From positions 40,013 through 104,012 of the forward strand of contig CACEYZ010000001.1 in the NCBI GenBank assembly GCA_902563885.1: DNA of 64,000 bases, given 5' to 3'. The translations under genes and the position numbers were made by a program. Below, one piece after another: positions 11,763-22,804 of this stretch (position 1 is the stretch's first letter; each line of letters starts with the position of its first letter). The DNA comes from an uncultured SAR86 cluster bacterium (GTDB lineage Bacteria > Pseudomonadota > Gammaproteobacteria > Magnimaribacterales > TMED112). The notes beneath the pieces were generated by a model. It was not told the DNA's origin and searched no databases. It was given only the letters and a program-made list of their open reading frames with translations.

Positions 11763-12925
11763 TGAATTTGCATGAATTTCAAGCGAAAGAGTTTTTCGAA
11801 CTATACGATTTACCTGTCTCAAAAAGATCAATCATTACTAAAAAAGAGGATATTAAATCAGCATTTTCAGCTATTGATTCTTCTAAAGGCTGTGTAGCAA
11901 AGGTACAAGCACATACAGGTGGTCGTGGAAAAGTTGGTGGGGTAAAAGTTTGCAAAACAATTCATGAAGTTGAACTGTTTGTAGAAAAGTGGCTAGGGAA
12001 AAATATCATAACGATTCAGACAGGAGATTTAGGCTTGCCAGTTAATATTTTATCTCTGGAAGAATTAACAGATATTTCAAGAGAGATTTATTTTAGCTTA
12101 GTAGTAGATAGAGGAGAAAAAGCGATTTCCTTGATTGTTTCAGAGGCTGGCGGCATGAATATAGAGGAAGTTGCTGAAGAAACTCCTGAAAAAATTTTAA
12201 AAGCTAAGTTAGATGAAAATTTTGAGCTAGAAAATACAGAAATAATGAAAATATCTGATCTTCTTAACTTTAACGAGAAACAAAAAGATCAATTTAAAAC
12301 AATAGTTGAAGGGTCAGCTAAATTATTTAAAGAAAAAGACTTGAGTCTTTTAGAGATTAATCCTTTAGTAGTAATGGCCAATGGTGATCTTCTTTGTCTA
12401 GATGCAAAAATCAATGTAGATGAAAATGCTCTTTTTCGCCAAGAGGAAATTGAATTAAAAAGAGACTCAACTCAAGAAGATTCAAGAGAATATGAGGCGA
12501 AAGTAAATGATTTGAGTTATGTATCCCTAGAGGGAAATATTGGTTGTATGGTAAATGGAGCTGGTTTAGCTATGGGAACAATGGATACTATTAAGCTTTA
12601 TGACGGAGAGCCTGCAAATTTTTTGGATGTGGGCGGAACGGCAACGAAAGAGAGAGTATCAAAAGCACTTGAGCTTATTCTTTCAGATAAAAAAGTAAAA
12701 GGAATATTAGTCAATATTTTTGGTGGAATAGTAAGGTGTGATTTGATAGCACAAGGAATAATTGATGCCGTGGAGGAAATAAAAGTATCCATTCCGATGG
12801 TAATAAGGCTTCAAGGAAATAAAGCAGATGAGGGCAAGAGGCTTCTTAATGAATCGGGTTTAAATATTATTGGAGAGGACTCTTTACAAGAAGCTTCAAA
12901 AAAAATCGTGAACTTAGTCAAATGA
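11762..12925 (+). CDS. sucC: succinyl-CoA synthetase beta subunit
   Basis: [11 protein letters not shown]-terminus, ATP-grasp fold motifs, and the GGIVRCD motif. TAATG junction with lpdA. Confidence 0.96.
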   Translation: MNLHEFQAKEFFELYDLPVSKRSIITKKEDIKSAFSAIDSSKGCVAKVQAHTGGRGKVGGVKVCKTIHEVELFVEKWLGKNIITIQTGDLGLPVNILSLEELTDISREIYFSLVVDRGEKAISLIVSEAGGMNIEEVAEETPEKILKAKLDENFELENTEIMKISDLLNFNEKQKDQFKTIVEGSAKLFKEKDLSLLEINPLVVMANGDLLCLDAKINVDENALFRQEEIELKRDSTQEDSREYEAKVNDLSYVSLEGNIGCMVNGAGLAMGTMDTIKLYDGEPANFLDVGGTATKERVSKALELILSDKKVKGILVNIFGGIVRCDLIAQGIIDAVEEIKVSIPMVIRLQGNKADEGKRLLNESGLNIIGEDSLQEASKKIVNLVK

Positions 12926-13791
12926 GTGTACTTATTGATAATAATACTAAGGCAATCTTTCAAGGATTTACTGGCTCACAGGCAACTATGCATGCAGAAC
13001 AATGTATAGATTACGGAACAAATATAATTGGTGGTGTAACTCCTGGAAAAGGTGGTCAAGAACATCTAAACAAACCAGTTTTTGATTCGGTAAAAGATGC
13101 ATGTGCTTTTGACGAAATTGATACCTCAGTAATTTTTGTTCCAGCAAAGTTTACAAAATCTGCAATACTTGAAGCAGCTGAAAATGGTATAAATTTAATA
13201 ATTTGTATCACTGAAGGAGTCCCAGTCTTAGACATGATAGAAGTTACAAATATTTTAAAAAGTTTTCCGGGAACAAGACTTGTTGGACCAAATTGTCCAG
13301 GAGTTATTTCTCCAGGAAAGTCAAAACTTGGAATAATGCCTGCTTCCATCCATAAAGAAGGTAGTGTTGGAATAGTTTCAAGATCTGGAACACTTACTTA
13401 TGAAGCTGTAAAACAAACTTCAGATGTTGGTTTAGGGCAAAGTACATGCATTGGAATTGGTGGAGATCCAGTTAATGGCACTTCATTTATAGACTGTCTA
13501 AAAATGTTTGAGAATGATAATCAGACTGAATCCATAGTCATGGTTGGTGAAATCGGCGGCACAGCAGAAGAGGAAGCAGCTGAGTACATAAAATCAAATA
13601 TTTCAAAACCAGTTATCTCTTACATTGCTGGAGTAACTGCTCCGAAAGGAAAAAGAATGGGCCATGCAGGAGCAATTATTTCTGGTGGAAAAGGAACTGC
13701 ACAAGATAAATTCAAAGCATTAGAAAGTGCAGGAGTAAGAGTAGTTACAGACTTAAACCTCATTGGATCTAAGCTTAAAGAGCTGCTTTAA
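12922..13791 (+). CDS. sucD: succinyl-CoA synthetase alpha subunit
   Basis: CoA-binding N-terminus (QGFTGSQ), SRSGTLTYE motif, and phosphohistidine loop [12 protein letters not shown] junction with sucC. Confidence 0.96.
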   Translation: MSVLIDNNTKAIFQGFTGSQATMHAEQCIDYGTNIIGGVTPGKGGQEHLNKPVFDSVKDACAFDEIDTSVIFVPAKFTKSAILEAAENGINLIICITEGVPVLDMIEVTNILKSFPGTRLVGPNCPGVISPGKSKLGIMPASIHKEGSVGIVSRSGTLTYEAVKQTSDVGLGQSTCIGIGGDPVNGTSFIDCLKMFENDNQTESIVMVGEIGGTAEEEAAEYIKSNISKPVISYIAGVTAPKGKRMGHAGAIISGGKGTAQDKFKALESAGVRVVTDLNLIGSKLKELL

Positions 13792-15129
13792 TCTATTCTT
13801 TTTATATCTAAGTCGCATTGAATTTAATACAGCACTTATAATAATTCCAAAAATCATACCAATCCAAATTCCTTGTGCACCATCAGGAAATAAACCATTT
13901 GAATTGAAAGCTAAAAACATTCCTAATGGCAGTGCCACAAGCCAATATGAAATAATCATAATAACCATTGTTGCAAAAGTATCTTTGTGACCTCTCAATG
14001 AACCTATCGCACTAAAACCTATAGCATCAGGAATCTGAAATATTGCAGCTAACATTAATAAAGTTACAGCAATTTCAGCAACATCTATGTCTCTTGTATA
14101 CAAACCTACTAAAAAACTATGAAAAAATATAATTACGAGAAAGTTTATTAAAGCAAGAAAAAAGGAAATTCGCATAGAAAAATTTGCTGCATAATTTGCC
14201 TGAAGAAGTTTCTTTTCCCCAATTAAATTACCAACTCTGACAGCAGAACAAAGTCCAAGTGATAAAGGTATCATAAATAACAATCCAACGAGGTTAATTG
14301 CAACTGTATGAGCAGCAAGAGTGTTTGCACCAAAGAAAGATATTATTAAAGCCGCACCGCTAAACATGCTTAATTCAACAAAGATTCCAAAGCTTATTGG
14401 AATTCCAAGTTTTAAAAGTTCAATATTGCTTGATATATCTGGCCAAATAAATTTGCCATACAAACTAATTTTTTTATAAGTTTTTGAAAATTTTGTTATT
14501 AAAAAAAATATTATTAGTATTATCCAGGCAACTAAAGCAGTCGCAACACCACAACCTACGCCCCCAAGATCAAAGTAAAAAATAAATAAATAATTTAATG
14601 GAATGTTTAATAAAAATGCAAAAAGATTTAGAAAGAAAACTACCTTTGTTTTTGTTATCCCCTCACTATAGCCTCGAAGAGCTTGAAAAAGTGTCATTGG
14701 AATAGCGCCAAAGGATATTGCTGAAAGGTAGCCTGTACTTATTTCAAGCATATCTCTTTCAGATTCAAGAAAATCGAAAATAAAACCAGAGCTTCTTAAA
14801 AAAATGAAAAAGATCACTCCAACTATTAATGCCGTCCAAAGGAATTTTCTAGACTTAACTTTAATCAAGGCATAATCCTTTGCTCCGTATAGTTGCGCAA
14901 TAATTGGAGTTATTCCAAACATTACACCAGCTGATAAAAAAAATGCTGGATTAAAGATAGCTGCCGCAAGGCCTACCCCTGCTAAATCAGATGAGCTAGC
15001 ATATCCAGCCATAATATAGTCAGTTGTTGTCATGCCATACATCACAAGCTGACTGCCCAAAATAGGAAGGCCAATTTTTAAGAAAATTTCTCCTTCTTTA
15101 TTAAAATTAGTAAGATTTAGGCTGAACAT
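13753..15129 (-). CDS. MATE family multidrug efflux transporter (NorM-like)
   Basis: 458 aa, 12 predicted TM helices with the two-fold MATE repeat pattern. Its 3' end overlaps the sucD 3' end by 39 nt. Confidence 0.75.
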   Translation of the reverse strand: MFSLNLTNFNKEGEIFLKIGLPILGSQLVMYGMTTTDYIMAGYASSSDLAGVGLAAAIFNPAFFLSAGVMFGITPIIAQLYGAKDYALIKVKSRKFLWTALIVGVIFFIFLRSSGFIFDFLESERDMLEISTGYLSAISFGAIPMTLFQALRGYSEGITKTKVVFFLNLFAFLLNIPLNYLFIFYFDLGGVGCGVATALVAWIILIIFFLITKFSKTYKKISLYGKFIWPDISSNIELLKLGIPISFGIFVELSMFSGAALIISFFGANTLAAHTVAINLVGLLFMIPLSLGLCSAVRVGNLIGEKKLLQANYAANFSMRISFFLALINFLVIIFFHSFLVGLYTRDIDVAEIAVTLLMLAAIFQIPDAIGFSAIGSLRGHKDTFATMVIMIISYWLVALPLGMFLAFNSNGLFPDGAQGIWIGMIFGIIISAVLNSMRLRYKKNRLKQLFKLRSNEV

Positions 15130-15220
15130 TGTAAGAATTTATTCTAGCCTATAATTTAATAAGGAGTGCTATATCAATACTGATAAAAGACCATTTTGGT
15201 TAAAGAGTTTTTTTAACTCT

Positions 15221-15886
15221 TTGAGCTCATTTTATATTCACTATTTCCTTAAACCAAAATTTAAAAAATTTGGAAAAGGTGTAATGATTTTAAAGCCACA
15301 ATACTTAAAAACTTTTGGAAAAAACATCACAATTGGTAATTTTGCAACATTGATATGTTCCTCTGATAAAAATATAGACTTAGCGACTTGGCAAACAGAT
15401 AAACTAAATGGTGAACTTCAAATAGGAAAATATGTTCTTATCTCACCAGGAACTAGTATTAGGGTAGCCAAAAAGGTCATCATTGATGATAGTGTTATGA
15501 TTGCATCGGATGTAACTATAACCGACTCTGACTGGCACGGTGTTTATGATAGAACTGATTATGTTGCTACCCCGAAACCAGTAATTATCAATAAAAATGC
15601 TTGGATTGGAGAAAGATCACTAATACTTAAAGGTAGTGAAATCGGAGAAAACAGTATTATTGGCGCTGGATCTGTAGTTTCTGGTGTTGTTCCGCCTAAT
15701 GTCGTGTATGCTGGTAATCCAGCTAAGAAAGTCAAAGATCTTGATAAATCAGATTTTAAATCAAGGGAACAGTTATTTTCTGAATCCTCAAGTTATCTCT
15801 CAGACATGATCAAAATTGATAAAAAAACTCTTGAGGGCAACACTTTTTTTAAGTGGCTTTTTTCAATCATATGGCCGAGAAAATGA
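15221..15886 (+). CDS. hexapeptide-repeat (LbH) acyl/acetyltransferase
   Basis: Left-handed beta-helix hexapeptide repeats (IGENSIIGAGSVVSGVVPPNVVYAGNPAK). The start is uncertain: the TTG at 15221 lies in a hairpin. Confidence 0.65.
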   Translation: MSSFYIHYFLKPKFKKFGKGVMILKPQYLKTFGKNITIGNFATLICSSDKNIDLATWQTDKLNGELQIGKYVLISPGTSIRVAKKVIIDDSVMIASDVTITDSDWHGVYDRTDYVATPKPVIINKNAWIGERSLILKGSEIGENSIIGAGSVVSGVVPPNVVYAGNPAKKVKDLDKSDFKSREQLFSESSSYLSDMIKIDKKTLEGNTFFKWLFSIIWPRK

Positions 15887-16980
15887 AATTATTTGTTGAT
15901 GAAAACATCGCCTACGCTAAGTTCTTCTTTGAAGATGTGCTTTTAAATCAATTTCCAAATTTTTTTGAACTAACCTTTTATAAGGATGATGAATTTGATT
16001 TGGAGAAAATAAGTGAAGATGCAGCTGTGATTATTAGATCAACTTATAAAACACATAACTTAAACGTGCCCGAATCAATAAAATTATTAAGTTCCGTTTC
16101 TACAGGGGAGGATCATGTCGATAAGAATTTTCTAGAAAAAAAGAATATTCCATACCATTTTGCAACTGGAGCAAATGCCAAAGCTGTAAGAGAATATTTT
16201 TATTCTTGTTTATCAATTCTATTAAAGGAGAAAAAATTCGATAAATCTGAGGATAAGATTTTGATTATAGGTCTGGGAAATATTGGACATGGTATAGCTA
16301 AAACTCTAGAAAACTTTAATTTTAGTTTTGAAACATATGACCCTTTTAAGTCCTCAACAATTGAGAGCCTTTCTAATCTGGAAGAATTTAAAATCATTAC
16401 TTTGCATGTACCTCTAACAAAAAATTCACCACATGAAACGTACAATTTTGTTGATAAAAATTTTTTAAATGAACTCAAAAATGAATCTATCATAATAAAT
16501 ACTTCAAGAGGTGGAGTGATCTCGGAATCAGATTTTTTAAAATTTGATAATTTGACAGTAATATCAGATGTGTTTTTAAACGAACCAAATATTGATAAAA
16601 ATTTTCATCAAAAAAACTTCATCTCAACACCACACATTGCTGGGCACACAAAATCTTCCAGGTTTGAGATGACGAAAATGTCTTTAGAAAAGCTTATAAA
16701 CTTTTTTTTCAATAAAAAGTTGAATGATTCATTAGTAAAAAAACCATACAAAAAAAAGAGCATTCATTTCTCCTTATCAGAAGTAGAGAATGATTTAAAT
16801 AGATACGGGTTTCCAGTATCACTTCTTTTACAAATTTATGATCCTAGAAATGATAAGTTTAATTTAGTTGATTTTGCTGATGTGAGAAATGCATACCATC
16901 ACAGATTAGGGTATGAAGATATTACTTCAAACAATGATTTAAATGTTTCAGAGTATCTTTTTGAATTAGGCATCGAGTAG
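15883..16980 (+). CDS. pdxB: erythronate-4-phosphate dehydrogenase
   Basis: N-terminus MKLFVDENIAYA matches the PdxB signature. Contains a D-2-hydroxyacid dehydrogenase NAD motif GLGNIGHG and a PdxB-type C-terminal dimerisation region. The ATG at 15883 forms an ATGA junction with the upstream stop, so the longer track ORF from 15853 was rejected. Confidence 0.8.
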   Translation: MKLFVDENIAYAKFFFEDVLLNQFPNFFELTFYKDDEFDLEKISEDAAVIIRSTYKTHNLNVPESIKLLSSVSTGEDHVDKNFLEKKNIPYHFATGANAKAVREYFYSCLSILLKEKKFDKSEDKILIIGLGNIGHGIAKTLENFNFSFETYDPFKSSTIESLSNLEEFKIITLHVPLTKNSPHETYNFVDKNFLNELKNESIIINTSRGGVISESDFLKFDNLTVISDVFLNEPNIDKNFHQKNFISTPHIAGHTKSSRFEMTKMSLEKLINFFFNKKLNDSLVKKPYKKKSIHFSLSEVENDLNRYGFPVSLLLQIYDPRNDKFNLVDFADVRNAYHHRLGYEDITSNNDLNVSEYLFELGIE

Positions 16981-17051
16981 TTGTTAGTAAATTAATAAAA
17001 GATTCTCCGTTTAATTCAAGTAAAAATAGTACAATTAGGTAATTAAGAGCA

Positions 17052-17438
17052 ATGAAAAAAGTTAATAAAAATCTAACATCTGAAGAAATTTTTATTCTTC
17101 GTGACAAAGGAACAGAGAGACCATTCTCTGGAAAATTTGACACTTTTTTTGAGGAAGGCGTCTACAAATGCAAAAACTGTAATGCAGAACTGTTTAGATC
17201 GGATAGCAAATATGATGCTGGTTGTGGTTGGCCAAGTTTTTTTGAGGCAATTGACGAAAAATCAATATTATACAAAGAGGATAATTCTATTTTTGGAAGG
17301 CCACGCACAGAGATTCTTTGTGCTAATTGCGGGGGGCATTTAGGGCACTTATTTGAGGATGGTCCTGTTGAAAAAACTGGTCTAAGATATTGTGTGAATT
17401 CAATTTCTTTAGACTTTGAATCGAAGAAAAATAATTGA
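17052..17438 (+). CDS. msrB: peptide-methionine (R)-S-oxide reductase
   Basis: Two CxxC zinc pairs (CKNCNAELF, CANCGGHLGHLF) and the catalytic RYCVNS motif. Confidence 0.93.
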   Translation: MKKVNKNLTSEEIFILRDKGTERPFSGKFDTFFEEGVYKCKNCNAELFRSDSKYDAGCGWPSFFEAIDEKSILYKEDNSIFGRPRTEILCANCGGHLGHLFEDGPVEKTGLRYCVNSISLDFESKKNN

Positions 17439-18739
17439 AAATATCAAATTTTTGGAAATCATCAGCTAGTTTCTCTCTATTAACACTTGTTTCACGTGTA
17501 TTTGGGTATGTAAGAGACTTAATTTTTACAAACTATTTAGGAGCAGGGAGTATTCATGATATTTTTGTAGTAATTTTCAAAATTCCAAATGTTTTTCGAA
17601 GTTTTTTTGGTGAAGGAGCTCTTTCTCAATCACTTACGCCAAGCATAATTGAAGCTAGAACAAAAACAAATAAATTCCTTAATCAAGTATTTACCATCTT
17701 ATTTATTTCTCTTGTTTTATTTGTATTTGTTGTTGAAATTTTTCCTCAATTTTTTGTGAGCATTTTTGCCCCTGGATTCTCTGCTAATGAACAAAAGTTT
17801 GATGAGGCTGTTGGGTTTCTTAGGTTAGTTTTTCCATATATCTTATTAATTTCTATAGTCGCTTTTTTTGGTGCAATACAAAATTCAAAAAAACACTTTA
17901 ATGTTGTTGCTGCAACCCCAATTCTTTTTAATTTATCTCTGATAGTATTTGCTGTTTTGAATAATCAATTAACTTTACAGGTAATAGGTATATCAATTTT
18001 GTGTGCAGGGATAATCCAATTAATGTTAAATGCATTTGTCACAATGAGGTTGAGTTATCTTCCAAAATTTGATTTTAATTTTGATAAAAAATTATTGAGC
18101 TCTTTTTTTTCTAGGTTGCTGCCAGCCGTATTTGCTGCAGGCATTTATCAATTAAATGTTTTAGTTGACACGATTTTTGCATCTTTTCTTTCAACCGGAA
18201 GTCCAACGTGGCTTTATCTTTCAGATAGATTAATTCAGTTTCCAATGGGTTTGTTCGGGGTTGCAATTGCATTAGTAGCGTTGCCTGATATAACTGAACT
18301 ATATATTAAAAAAGATAGTAAGAATTTTAATAAAACTTTTTTGAGAGGCTCGCTATCAACGCTAATACTTGGTTTAGCAACAATGATTTTTTACTTATTA
18401 TTTTCAACAGAAATAATTAGTCTTTTATTTAAAAGAGGAGAGTTTCAGGAATTTGATGTAGCTATGACTTCAGCCAGTTTGGTTGCATATGCTTATGCTC
18501 TTCCATTTTTATTAAATTCTAAATTTTTTAACAGCATTTTTTTTGCGACATCAAAAACTAAATTTGTCTTACTGTTAGGTATAGTCTCACTATTTATAAA
18601 TTTACTTTTAAACTACTTATTTATATTTATATTTGGAATGGGACATGTAGGCCTAGCTTTAGCAACTACTTGCGCAGCTTTAATAGTGTGGTTGCTTTCA
18701 ATTATATTTTTAATATATTTAAGGAAATCTTTAGCATGA
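17435..18739 (+). CDS. murJ: lipid II flippase MurJ (short, 434 aa)
   Basis: N-terminal SRVFGYVRDLIF...GAG...D.F.V.FKIPN..R..F.EGA.SQ signature of MviN/MurJ. Ends where E. coli MurJ TM12 ends. Confidence 0.85.
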   Translation: MKISNFWKSSASFSLLTLVSRVFGYVRDLIFTNYLGAGSIHDIFVVIFKIPNVFRSFFGEGALSQSLTPSIIEARTKTNKFLNQVFTILFISLVLFVFVVEIFPQFFVSIFAPGFSANEQKFDEAVGFLRLVFPYILLISIVAFFGAIQNSKKHFNVVAATPILFNLSLIVFAVLNNQLTLQVIGISILCAGIIQLMLNAFVTMRLSYLPKFDFNFDKKLLSSFFSRLLPAVFAAGIYQLNVLVDTIFASFLSTGSPTWLYLSDRLIQFPMGLFGVAIALVALPDITELYIKKDSKNFNKTFLRGSLSTLILGLATMIFYLLFSTEIISLLFKRGEFQEFDVAMTSASLVAYAYALPFLLNSKFFNSIFFATSKTKFVLLLGIVSLFINLLLNYLFIFIFGMGHVGLALATTCAALIVWLLSIIFLIYLRKSLA

Positions 18740-19620
18740 ATGTGAGCTTTAGCGCAGCAGTAGGAAATTTTGATGGGGTCCATAAAGGACACAAAAAATT
18801 ATTAGAAAAGGTGAAAAATGATGCTGATAAGAGTGGTTTGAAAACCAAAGTTTTAACCTTCAATCCTTATCCATTTGAGTTTTTTAAATGGCATAAAAAA
18901 AGAATTATTAATGAATTTGATAAAAAAGAAGTTTTAAAAGAAATAGGCATTGACGAGATTGTATCCATTAAATTTGATGAAAAATTTAGAAACCTTAAAG
19001 CAGAAGAGTTTTTCGAACTCTATATTAAGAAAGGAAAAATTAAGTCATTAACTGTTGGTAATGATTTTAAATTTGGTAAAGATAGGTCTGGTGATACAGA
19101 TTTATTAAGAAATTTATGTAAAAAAAATGATATTACCTTCTCTTTATTTGAAGATTTTAAAGTAGATGGTTTGAGGGTTAGCAGTTCGATAATTAGGGAG
19201 TACTTAGAAAAAGGAAAATTTGTTGATGCAGAGAAGTGCTTAGGAAGAAAACTAAAATTCACTGGTGATGTTATTCACGGAAAGAAATTTGGTACCAGAA
19301 TATCAACTCCTACAGCAAATATAGATCTTCAGAATAAAGAGTATTGCTTTAATGGTGTTTTTTTATGCTCTGTAATGGTCAATGATAAAAAATTTTTTGG
19401 GATTGCAAATTTTGGAACAAAGCCTACTTTCGATGATTTCAGACAATCATTAGAAGTCCATATTTTTGATTTTGGAGAAAATATTTACTATCAGTCATTA
19501 ACTATAGAATTTTTATGTAAAATTAGAGACCAAATAAAATTTGAATCAACAGATGATTTAAAAAATCAGATTCATAAGGATATAGATAAAGCAAAATCTC
19601 TAATCAAAGACTATGAGTAA
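18736..19620 (+). CDS. ribF: bifunctional riboflavin kinase / FMN adenylyltransferase
   Basis: GNFDGVHKGH motif near the N-terminus and a riboflavin kinase C-terminal domain. The ATG at 18736 makes an ATGA junction with the murJ stop. Synteny ribF-ileS-lspA. Confidence 0.92.
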   Translation: MNVSFSAAVGNFDGVHKGHKKLLEKVKNDADKSGLKTKVLTFNPYPFEFFKWHKKRIINEFDKKEVLKEIGIDEIVSIKFDEKFRNLKAEEFFELYIKKGKIKSLTVGNDFKFGKDRSGDTDLLRNLCKKNDITFSLFEDFKVDGLRVSSSIIREYLEKGKFVDAEKCLGRKLKFTGDVIHGKKFGTRISTPTANIDLQNKEYCFNGVFLCSVMVNDKKFFGIANFGTKPTFDDFRQSLEVHIFDFGENIYYQSLTIEFLCKIRDQIKFESTDDLKNQIHKDIDKAKSLIKDYE

Positions 19621-22348
19621 CGAAAAAGATCATAAATTAAATCTGCCTAAAACATCAATTCCTATGAAGGCTAATCTAAATCAACGAGAGCCTGAATTTT
19701 TAAAAGAGTGGGATAAGAGGAATGTATATAAAAAAATCAGAAAAAATAAAAAAGGAAAAAAAGCTTTTCACCTTCATGATGGCCCACCATATGCAAATGG
19801 AGAAATTCATCTTGGACATGCTGTCAATAAGGTTTTAAAAGATATTATTATTCGCTCAAAATCTTTAGAGGGTTTTGATTCCCCCTATATTCCAGGTTGG
19901 GATTGTCATGGACTTCCTATTGAGCATCAGGTTGAAAAAAAATTAGGAAAGAAAAGAAAGGAAATAAGTAAGTCTGAATTTAGAGACTTATGTAGGGAAT
20001 ACGCAAAAACACAGATTAAACTTCAAGAGAAAGATTTTGTCAGATTAGGTGTATTTGGAGATTGGAAGAATAGATATGCATCTCTGGATCAATCCTTTGA
20101 AGGTGAGGCTATCAATGCATTCTCAAGAATCTTTCATAATGGCCATGTTGAAAAGGGTCTCAAACCTGTCCATTGGTGTCTAGATTGCGGATCCTCTTTG
20201 GCTGAAGCGGAGGTTGATTACTTAGATAAAACATCAAGAGCTATTGATGTTAAATTTCGCATTGATGAGACTTTAGAGAAAAAATTCATAAAACAGAATA
20301 AATTGCCAGAACATAGTAAAGTTTTTGCAGTAATTTGGACAACTACACCATGGACTATTCCAGGCAATCAAGCAGTATGCCTAAATAAAGATATTGAATA
20401 CTCTTTGGTAGAAGTTACTAAAAATGAGATTTATATAATTGCATCTGAACTTGTTAAAACTTGTTTTGATAGATGGAGTTTGGAAGATTTTAAAATAATC
20501 AAAAAAATGAAAGGTACTGATTTAGACGGATTGCATTTCATTCACCCTCTCTATAACAGAACATCACCATTATTATTCAGCGAACACGTTACAACTGATA
20601 CTGGAACTGGATGTGTTCACTCTGCTCCTGCACATGGCCCAGAAGATTTTGAGACGTGCTCTGAGAATGGAATTGAATTAAAAAATCCAATCTCATCAAA
20701 TGGTTGTTTTAAAGATGATGTTAAACATTTTGGTGGACTACATGTAAGAAAATCAGAAGAGGAAATTATCAAAAAGTTAAAAGATGCCGATTCCTTACTA
20801 TGTAATGAAGATTTTCAGCATAGCTACCCTCATTGCTGGAGACATAAAACACCATTAATTTTTATGGCAACACCTCAATGGTTTATTTCAATGACTAAAT
20901 CAGGACTATTGGAGGGGGCTGAACATGGGATTGATAATGTTGAATTTACTCCTGCTTGGGGGAAAGAAAGAATGCAAATAATGCTTAAAGATAGACCAGA
21001 CTGGTGTATTTCAAGACAGAGAGATTGGGGAATACCAATACCATTGATTTTTGATAAAGAAACAGGAGAACCAACAAATGATATTGAAAAAGTTTTTAAC
21101 AAAGCATCTGAACAAATTAAAGAAAATGGGATCGACGCATGGAAAGAATTTGACTTTGGAGAAGACAAAGAAAAGTACGAGAAGTCTAGTGATATTTTCG
21201 ATGTTTGGTTTGACTCCGGAATAACCCATCATTGTGTAATGAATGAGCTTTATGGTAATGACGTAAAGGCTGATTTATATCTTGAGGGGAGCGATCAACA
21301 TCGTGGGTGGTTTCAGTCATCCTTGCTTACATCTGTAGCTATGAATGGAACTCCGCCATACAAAGGCGTATTAACTCATGGATTTGTAGTAGATGAAGAT
21401 GGTAGAAAGATGTCAAAATCAATTGGAAATGTTGTTGGGCCTCAGGAAATAATAAATAATTCTGGCGCAGATACATTACGTTTCTGGATAGCTGCTACTG
21501 ACTTCAGAGGTGAAATGGCTTTTTCAAAAGATATCTTTAATAGATCAGTAGATGGGTTCAGGAGAATAAGAAATACAATGCGTTTTATGATATCGAATCT
21601 CTATGATTATGATCAAAATGATCAAGTAACAAAAGTATTATTTCTTGATAAAGCGATAATTTCAAAAACAGCAAAATTACAAAACGAAATAAGAGAATTA
21701 TATAAAGAATTTAATTTCCATCAGGTCGTATCAAAGATTGTAAATTTTTGTGTAAATGATTTAGGCTCCCTATATCTAGATGTCATTAAAGATAGGCTCT
21801 ATACAATGAAGCCTGAATCAGAGGGAAGAAGATCTGCTCAATACGCGCTTTCAATAGTTTTAGATTTTCTGAATAAAGCTATCAGTCCAATACTTCCATT
21901 CACAGCTTATGAATTTTCTGAGAATTTATCTAATGGAAATGGAGATAAAATCTTTTACTCAGAATGGGAAGAGTACGAAAATAAACTGAATAAAGAAGAA
22001 GAAGAGGAATTTGAGCTTCTGGTACAGCTAAGGCAAAGAGCTTATCAGGAAATTGAAGAGGAAAGGAAAAAGAAAGATATAAAAAATGCATTAGATTGTG
22101 AAGTAGAAATTACACTGGAAAAGGAATTATTCGACAAAATTTCAAAATATTCTGATGAGATGAATAAAATTCTAATATGCTCAAGTTGCTCAATTTTTCT
22201 TGGCAAAGCAGAGAAAATTTTGGTAAAAAAATCTGTAAATGAAAAATGTACTCGTTGTTGGCATAAAGTAGAAGAATTAGAAAATGGAATCTGTAAGAGA
22301 TGTATTAATAATATGTCAGGAGAGGGAGAGGTAAGGAGATTTTTCTAA
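19613..22348 (+). CDS. ileS: isoleucine--tRNA ligase
   Basis: Class I HIGH (PYANGEIHLGH) and KMSKS motifs. C-terminal zinc-binding cysteine pairs. 911 aa. Confidence 0.97.
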   Translation: MSNEKDHKLNLPKTSIPMKANLNQREPEFLKEWDKRNVYKKIRKNKKGKKAFHLHDGPPYANGEIHLGHAVNKVLKDIIIRSKSLEGFDSPYIPGWDCHGLPIEHQVEKKLGKKRKEISKSEFRDLCREYAKTQIKLQEKDFVRLGVFGDWKNRYASLDQSFEGEAINAFSRIFHNGHVEKGLKPVHWCLDCGSSLAEAEVDYLDKTSRAIDVKFRIDETLEKKFIKQNKLPEHSKVFAVIWTTTPWTIPGNQAVCLNKDIEYSLVEVTKNEIYIIASELVKTCFDRWSLEDFKIIKKMKGTDLDGLHFIHPLYNRTSPLLFSEHVTTDTGTGCVHSAPAHGPEDFETCSENGIELKNPISSNGCFKDDVKHFGGLHVRKSEEEIIKKLKDADSLLCNEDFQHSYPHCWRHKTPLIFMATPQWFISMTKSGLLEGAEHGIDNVEFTPAWGKERMQIMLKDRPDWCISRQRDWGIPIPLIFDKETGEPTNDIEKVFNKASEQIKENGIDAWKEFDFGEDKEKYEKSSDIFDVWFDSGITHHCVMNELYGNDVKADLYLEGSDQHRGWFQSSLLTSVAMNGTPPYKGVLTHGFVVDEDGRKMSKSIGNVVGPQEIINNSGADTLRFWIAATDFRGEMAFSKDIFNRSVDGFRRIRNTMRFMISNLYDYDQNDQVTKVLFLDKAIISKTAKLQNEIRELYKEFNFHQVVSKIVNFCVNDLGSLYLDVIKDRLYTMKPESEGRRSAQYALSIVLDFLNKAISPILPFTAYEFSENLSNGNGDKIFYSEWEEYENKLNKEEEEEFELLVQLRQRAYQEIEEERKKKDIKNALDCEVEITLEKELFDKISKYSDEMNKILICSSCSIFLGKAEKILVKKSVNEKCTRCWHKVEELENGICKRCINNMSGEGEVRRFF

Positions 22349-22804
22349 TTGAAAGATTTTTCTCTTATTGCAATACTTACTTCAATAGATATTTACCTCA
22401 AATACTTCTTTTCAACATTTACATTGAAACCTTACTCTTTTCTTCCTTTCCTTGATCTGTATGTAACTGAAAATAGAGGCATTGCCCTGAGCATGCTTGA
22501 TGATTTGAATGATATGATGCAATTTGTTTTAACTTTGACAATTTTTTTTGTACTAGTTTTTTTAATTTCACAATACTTCAGAAGTGAAGGCAGATTCCAA
22601 AAATTTGCAATCATTATTATTTTTGCAGGAGGTTTAGGTAATTTTCTAGAAAGAATATATCACGGATATGTTACTGATTATCTACATTTACATATTAATA
22701 ATTATTCATTATTCGTTTTTAATTTTGCTGATGCCCTTATAACATTAGGGGCTATAATCATTGTTTTTACTATAGTCAACAATAATGAAAAAAGAACTAC
22801 ATAA
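22349..22804 (+). CDS. lspA: lipoprotein signal peptidase II
   Basis: Four-TM small protein with NRG and FNFAD catalytic aspartate motifs. TTG start immediately after the ileS stop. Confidence 0.88.
   Translation: MKDFSLIAILTSIDIYLKYFFSTFTLKPYSFLPFLDLYVTENRGIALSMLDDLNDMMQFVLTLTIFFVLVFLISQYFRSEGRFQKFAIIIIFAGGLGNFLERIYHGYVTDYLHLHINNYSLFVFNFADALITLGAIIIVFTIVNNNEKRTT

Noticed and set aside
15853-15882. Longer track starts for pdxB (15853), ribF (18670), degP (47908), rpoE (46642), rsmJ (55866) and sdhD (3417)
   Set aside because: In each case a downstream start reproduces the conserved family N-terminus. It also gives a typical ATGA/TAATG-type junction or a signal peptide, whereas the longer forms add unconserved residues overlapping the upstream gene.
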